A DNA stretch of 63,973 nt, filler included, from Perkinsus chesapeaki ATCC PRA-425 (taxonomy: Eukaryota > Protista > Perkinsozoa), in the NCBI GenBank assembly GCA_013115145.1. It is 6 parts of 6 records of this genome, joined end to end, with 100 filler letters (N's around TTAATTAATTAA, not from the genome) between each part and the next. Parts side by side here need not be neighbours in the genome. Positions count along the whole stretch, not along the records: positions 35,859 to 62,721 come from JAAPAO010000501.1; positions 62,822 to 63,973 come from JAAPAO010002148.1; 4 more parts are not named here. One strand, written 5' to 3'. Shown here one piece after another: positions 60,201-63,973 of this stretch (positions are counted from its first letter, which is position 1; each line of letters opens with the position of its first letter). The position numbers were made by a program, and so were the translations under genes. The notes below the pieces were generated by a model. It was not told the origin of the DNA and did not search any database. It was given only the letters and a program-made list of their open reading frames with translations.

Positions 60201-60907
60201 TTATGCGCTGGATTTTGTCTAATATCATATGCTCGCCGCTCGGGATTAAGAGCAAAAAAATTTAGTGGAACTATCCTTCTCGGTAACACAAGTGTGTTTT
60301 ATATAGTAAGTTTACTATTAGTAGTATATTTATAAGTATAGTTTATTATCTTATAAGGTATAATATATATTATTAATGTCAAGTGTTAGCAAATCTTTGC
60401 TATCAAAAAATCTAATCCTGACAGGATTATCCTGTATACAATATTTATAATATTATATATAGTACGCACAATCCAGCGCAGTGAATCAAGTCACCTGATT
60501 CAAGTGTATCAAAAATGCAGTGAAAAAACGTTTTGAGAAAATGCAACATGTGAAGTATTATTTCGATACAACAATATTAGGAGAGTATCTCCACAAAATT
60601 TGATATCAATATGTGGTCTGGTTGAGAAGTTACGCCGGTGAGGGCAAACGCGTGCTTTAGACCGCGCGGACTGCATTCCGTACATGTCATGTTTAATGTG
60701 GGACGTGATATAGTGGAGTCATTATTATTTATAGAAATTGTGCGATTGTGTTTTTGCCTACTCCTGTTGTACTTCGTCATGTGTAGGCTTGCAAGCGAGG
60801 AAAGCTCGGCGCCGAGCGCGAAGCGAAGAAAAACAACCAAGGATGACAAGAAGTCCTCAACGGCTAAAGTTAAAAAAGAAAAGAAGAAGAGCAAAAAAAG
60901 CAAATGA
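57230..60907 (+). CDS. Conserved Lys-rich eukaryotic protein of unknown function, 8 exons (start uncertain)
   Basis: Phase-consistent GT-AG exons 57384-57437, 57481-57520, 58394-58426, 58992-59031, 59076-59179, 59483-59578 and 60787-60907 give ..DLPGRGDPHCGQKITTRILQGDLCVPCEEEGETKDARRHFKEGQKHVTPPQGDSTRGFYESLLEEKPGSVMAIRYCVEHGIFAGEKHRKLLARYNELKASG..ALDRVAEKYGLASEESS..KKEKKKSKKSK*. The GQK..PP.GD..R.FYE.L..E.P.S.MA core is one I recall from uncharacterised plant and protist proteins; not verified. Confidence 0.75.
58276..58308 (+). pseudogene. tRNA 3'-half fragment in an intron of the Lys-rich gene
   Basis: AGGTC CTCGG TTCGATC CCGGG ACCTGTC A TTT: variable loop, fully paired T-stem, canonical T-loop, 7-nt acceptor strand and discriminator. 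No 5' half upstream. Confidence 0.6.
59192..59447. repeat. Purine-rich minisatellite, 38-bp unit x~6.7, in an intron of the Lys-rich gene
   Basis: Unit GGGATAATAGGGAATATATAGGAGAGCTAGGGATAGGA; starts recur every 38 nt (59192, 59230, 59268...). Confidence 0.95.
60414..60435. repeat. 22-nt zig-zag scar (inferred TSD AATCCTGT) in the last intron of the Lys-rich gene
   Basis: A ATCCTG A CAGGAT T ATCCTG T, perfect. Confidence 0.75.
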
Positions 60908-60997
60908 CAATGGAAATGTTAAGTGCCTGTGATTGAGTTGTGTTTGATTGCTGAGGTTATTCTGACACTTCTAGCTATAAGTTGAGTACATTCCATT

Positions 60998-62708
60998 ATG
61001 TCTAACGAGAGCGTTCATGGACCTCCAGACGCCACTGCGATGGCTGTTACCGTAGTACTGGGTTTGGTTTTCTGGGACATCGGGGAGACAGAAATTGTGT
61101 GAAAAAAGTCATATAAGCTTACCGTACGAAATACGAACTTGAAGCTTCTGTAAAGTGCCGTCTGTCGTATGTTATATTTGTGCATACTCGCGTAGACCTT
61201 TCCATGTCTAGTCGATGCCAACCTGAGTACATCTTTTTGAACACGGAAGTTTGCCTATTAGGGAAGTTCTTCTTTATATATAGCGTCTTGTATACTGCAA
61301 TAGGTTTAAAGCTTTGCTAGGGAGGTGTTTGGAAGCTGGACCTTTATTACGGCCTGATAAGTCGGTGCAGTGGTGTGCTTCAGTTCGCCAAGACCATTGG
61401 TCGCATTGCGGACTTCGCTGTTGATCTGGCTGAGCAGCTTCATAAGGATCTTGGACTGGAGTATAAGCCAGCACCACATGGGAAGAAGACTAAGAAATCC
61501 GTAAGTGGCCATTTATCGTCTTCAGGCTCTATAAAATGCGTTGATTGCGAAATGTGCCATTCGGGATTCGTGGGAACGGTAGAGCCGTTGCGATGCTCTC
61601 GCAAAGGTGTTATTATGAATCGGACTTCCGCGGACTTATTCCACACTGGAAGGACTTATCACGCGTCATGCAATGAACGGGATAACTCGCGCAGCAATTT
61701 CCAGCGTGCACCTTGCGGACTACGTATCATCTGAGAGAATCACACTTCTTTGAACTCATCGATGATGCAAGGTACTAGTTAAATCTTGATGGTTAAGACA
61801 TTGAGGGCTCTTATATTGGTTCCTCCTCAAAGCCTATCGTATCAAAAAACTTGTCCGTCAAATGTCTTGTGTGATTGTGCAGGTCCGGGATCCTAATATG
61901 CCTAAGAAGCCGAAGACTGCATTCTTCCTTTACTGTGATACAGAGAGAGAAAAAGCAAAAGAACGGGTGGGTGGAGCGTGATCGAAAGGTGCCTGGTTCA
62001 ATTCCCGGGTGGGGTGTTTTAGGGCGAAAATCCACCGAGTGCTAAGGATATGGCTGAGACATGGAAGAACGCTGATGACAATGTAAAGGTGGAATTTGTG
62101 GCAGGATTTTTATTGGCTACCAGGTGCGTGCGCAGTACTCTAATGAGCAGGCTAAACTGAAAGAACAATACGACAAGGTAAGCGGAGTTATGAGCCGCTG
62201 TGGATGGGTCGTTAGAGAGGGTCTATTGGGGGCCGACGAAGAGACCCAAGAGAATTTAGAATATTGTTAGATATGGACTTTCTCGAAAAGTGCACGAAAA
62301 ATCGATAGTGGATCTTAGATATCGGAGAACATCAAAGTGCAGCCTCAAACCTGTATCAGCTATTCACTTTGGAAACACTAAAATTCCGGTGAGGATCTCA
62401 CCGTGAGGTCTTGTCACGGGACCGATGGGGGCGCTCTCCCATAGGGGGCAGACTAGAGGGTTACACTAGTAGCCGCTATAGTGAATGACCTGCGTTAGTT
62501 CGGCCGTGGAAAAGCATTGCTTGGTCAGGATATGAGCGCCTATAATGCAGGGAAGCACCATAGTCAGAGCGGCAGTCCGCCACCAAAGAGAGAGGTAAAT
62601 CGAACGGTAGGTTTTATTGGAAGTGAATTTCTGCAGAGTCCCGACACTTCGAGTGGGTCGGAGGATGAGGAGGAGAACGCCCAAGTGCCTAAGAAACTGA
62701 AGCGATAG
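60998..62708 (+). CDS. HMG-box protein (single box, acidic/basic tail); 5' exon uncertain
   Basis: Spliced product ..PHGKKTKKS|VRDPNMPKKPKTAFFLYCDTEREKAKER|GENPPSAKDMAETWKNADDN|VRAQYSNEQAKLKEQYDK|DMSAYNAGK..SEDEEENAQVPKKLKR* matches the HMG DPNxPKRPxSAFFLF..W..Y..Y consensus. ATG 60998 is tentative. Confidence 0.88.
61969..62020 (+). pseudogene. tRNA-Phe-like fragment making up most of a 56-nt HMG intron (61967-62022)
   Basis: GGGTGGAGCGT--GATCGAAAGGTGCCTGGTTCAATTCCCGGG versus the eukaryotic tRNA-Phe GGGAGAGCGTTAGACTGAAGATCTAAAGGTCCCTGGTTCGATCCCGGG (recalled from memory). The anticodon segment is deleted and it ends in TTTT|AG. Confidence 0.55.
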
Positions 62709-62721
62709 ATTATGGACGAAA

Positions 62722-62821
62722 NNNNNNNNNNNNNNNNNNNNNNNNNNNNNNNNNNNNNNNNNNNNTTAATTAATTAANNNNNNNNNNNNNNNNNNNNNNN
62801 NNNNNNNNNNNNNNNNNNNNN
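62722..62821. other. Artificial contig-joining spacer
   Basis: 44 N + TTAATTAATTAA + 44 N. Confidence 0.97.
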
Positions 62822-63965
62822 ATACTTGCCATGGATGAAAGGCCTTAACTATTTGTCGCATAGGCAGTACAGCTTGAGGCTTTTTATTAACATAGCACCT
62901 ATAGCATTTACCAATTTCATCATACGTGCGCTTCCACATATACGGGAAGAAACATACACTCTTCAGGACTTCCACAGTTTGCTCAGCGTCAGTATGGCCT
63001 AACACATGAGCTTTCTTAATACTCTGATCAATCATACTTTCAGGTAATATTGGCACATGTAGTGAATTTCCAGGACCCGCAGTACTGCGCCACCAATATA
63101 GAACACCTTGTCGAAGTCGTAGCTCATGCACAATCCTTGAGTAGAATAACAATACCTTGTTATCACGCGGGATCATCGTCCCATTTTGCAGAGCATCCTT
63201 GATGATCTGAATATCTTCGTCTTGGTCCTGGGCGTCAATTATATCTTCTCTAGGGATGTCCAATTTCGTCGGAATAGTTGAATAACAGTTCGAGCAGCAA
63301 TGATCTTGTACTTGAACCAAATGTGTATATCCTGGCCCACTATCATATACAGTCTCCTCACCAAGTTTATCACGATAAAGCAATAACTTATTCAAGAAAG
63401 GATGACGGGTAAGGTAATCAGCCCTATTCTCGTTTGTGCCGACCAAATGAACATCGAACCTGGTCCAATCACCAATCGGAAATAGTTCTTGTAAAAGCAT
63501 TAAATACTTCCACAAAACAGGGCAATTTTCACGCTTTGATATAGCTGAAACCCGTCTAGTCCTTAAGATAGTAGCCACAACTGTATTATCGGTATTGATC
63601 ACGATCTTATCGAACTTGTGCTTTGAGCATTTCTCCAGCTCATAAACTGATGCCAGGCCCAAATATAAAGCTTTCATCTCCTTGACAACTATAGCTACAT
63701 TATTGGCGCTCATTGGGAATAAAGTCGATGCTTCTTCCATAAGGATCCCATCTTGCTCAATTACATACGCACCACAGTACTTGCTGGAGTCAGCGGACAA
63801 TACAACTGGCTTGCTGAAATCATACAACCGGGGGAGCTTAAGGGTACCGTTCTTTACTGTGAGGTCATGCCAGTCCTTTAAAAGCCTACAAAGAGAATCA
63901 CTAACCTGGGTACTCCAGGAAACTTTACGTTTGTGAACTTCTTTAGATACAATACTCTGTAGCAA
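62822..63965 (-). mobile_element. Ty3/gypsy pol fragment: RT connection, RNase H and integrase zinc finger
   Basis: LYDFSKPVVLSADSSKY, VKEMKALYLGL, INTDNTVV, VGTNENRADYLTR (RNase H); AHVLGH...FFPYM...CYRC (HHCC). Open across the whole contig. Confidence 0.92.
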
Positions 63966-63973
63966 ATGCTTAA

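Noticed and set aside
4942-62821. Recurrent TTAATTAATTAA inside N runs as a biological motif, and gene neighbourhoods across it
   Set aside because: The identical 44N-12-44N format occurs five times and the 12-mer has stops in all frames, so it is an assembly linker. ORFs ending in ...XXLIN are artefacts of it.

Overview
This is eukaryotic DNA rich in short GT-AG introns. A Perkinsus-like alveolate is my inference from gene style and families, not something shown. The window is six unrelated pieces joined by artificial 100-nt spacers (44 N + TTAATTAATTAA + 44 N), so adjacency across spacers is not biological. It contains four tandem 12-TM DHA1-type MFS transporter genes (one cut by a contig edge), a dynein light chain, an HMG-box gene, a conserved Lys-rich gene and a TM-ankyrin protein. 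It also has three small secreted Cys-terminated proteins, two tandem intron-bearing hAT-transposase-derived genes, Ty3/gypsy integrase and RNase H fragments, a non-LTR endonuclease, a TA-flanked MITE and three minisatellites. Two signals are not explained by these features. (1) About 20 copies of a sequence-independent 22-nt zig-zag scar (A-U-h'-U'-a'-U-H, where U is 6 nt), plus eight perfect palindromes with 12-30 bp arms, all centred on one unpaired base. This is the geometry expected when both hairpinned flanks of an excised hAT element with an 8-bp TSD are opened and annealed, so the genome appears to carry a dense fossil record of excisions. (2) tRNA-gene 3' fragments (T-arm, acceptor strand, oligo-T terminator) sit inside several introns, sometimes forming part of the splice signal. 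All patterns were found by eye, so counts are minima.
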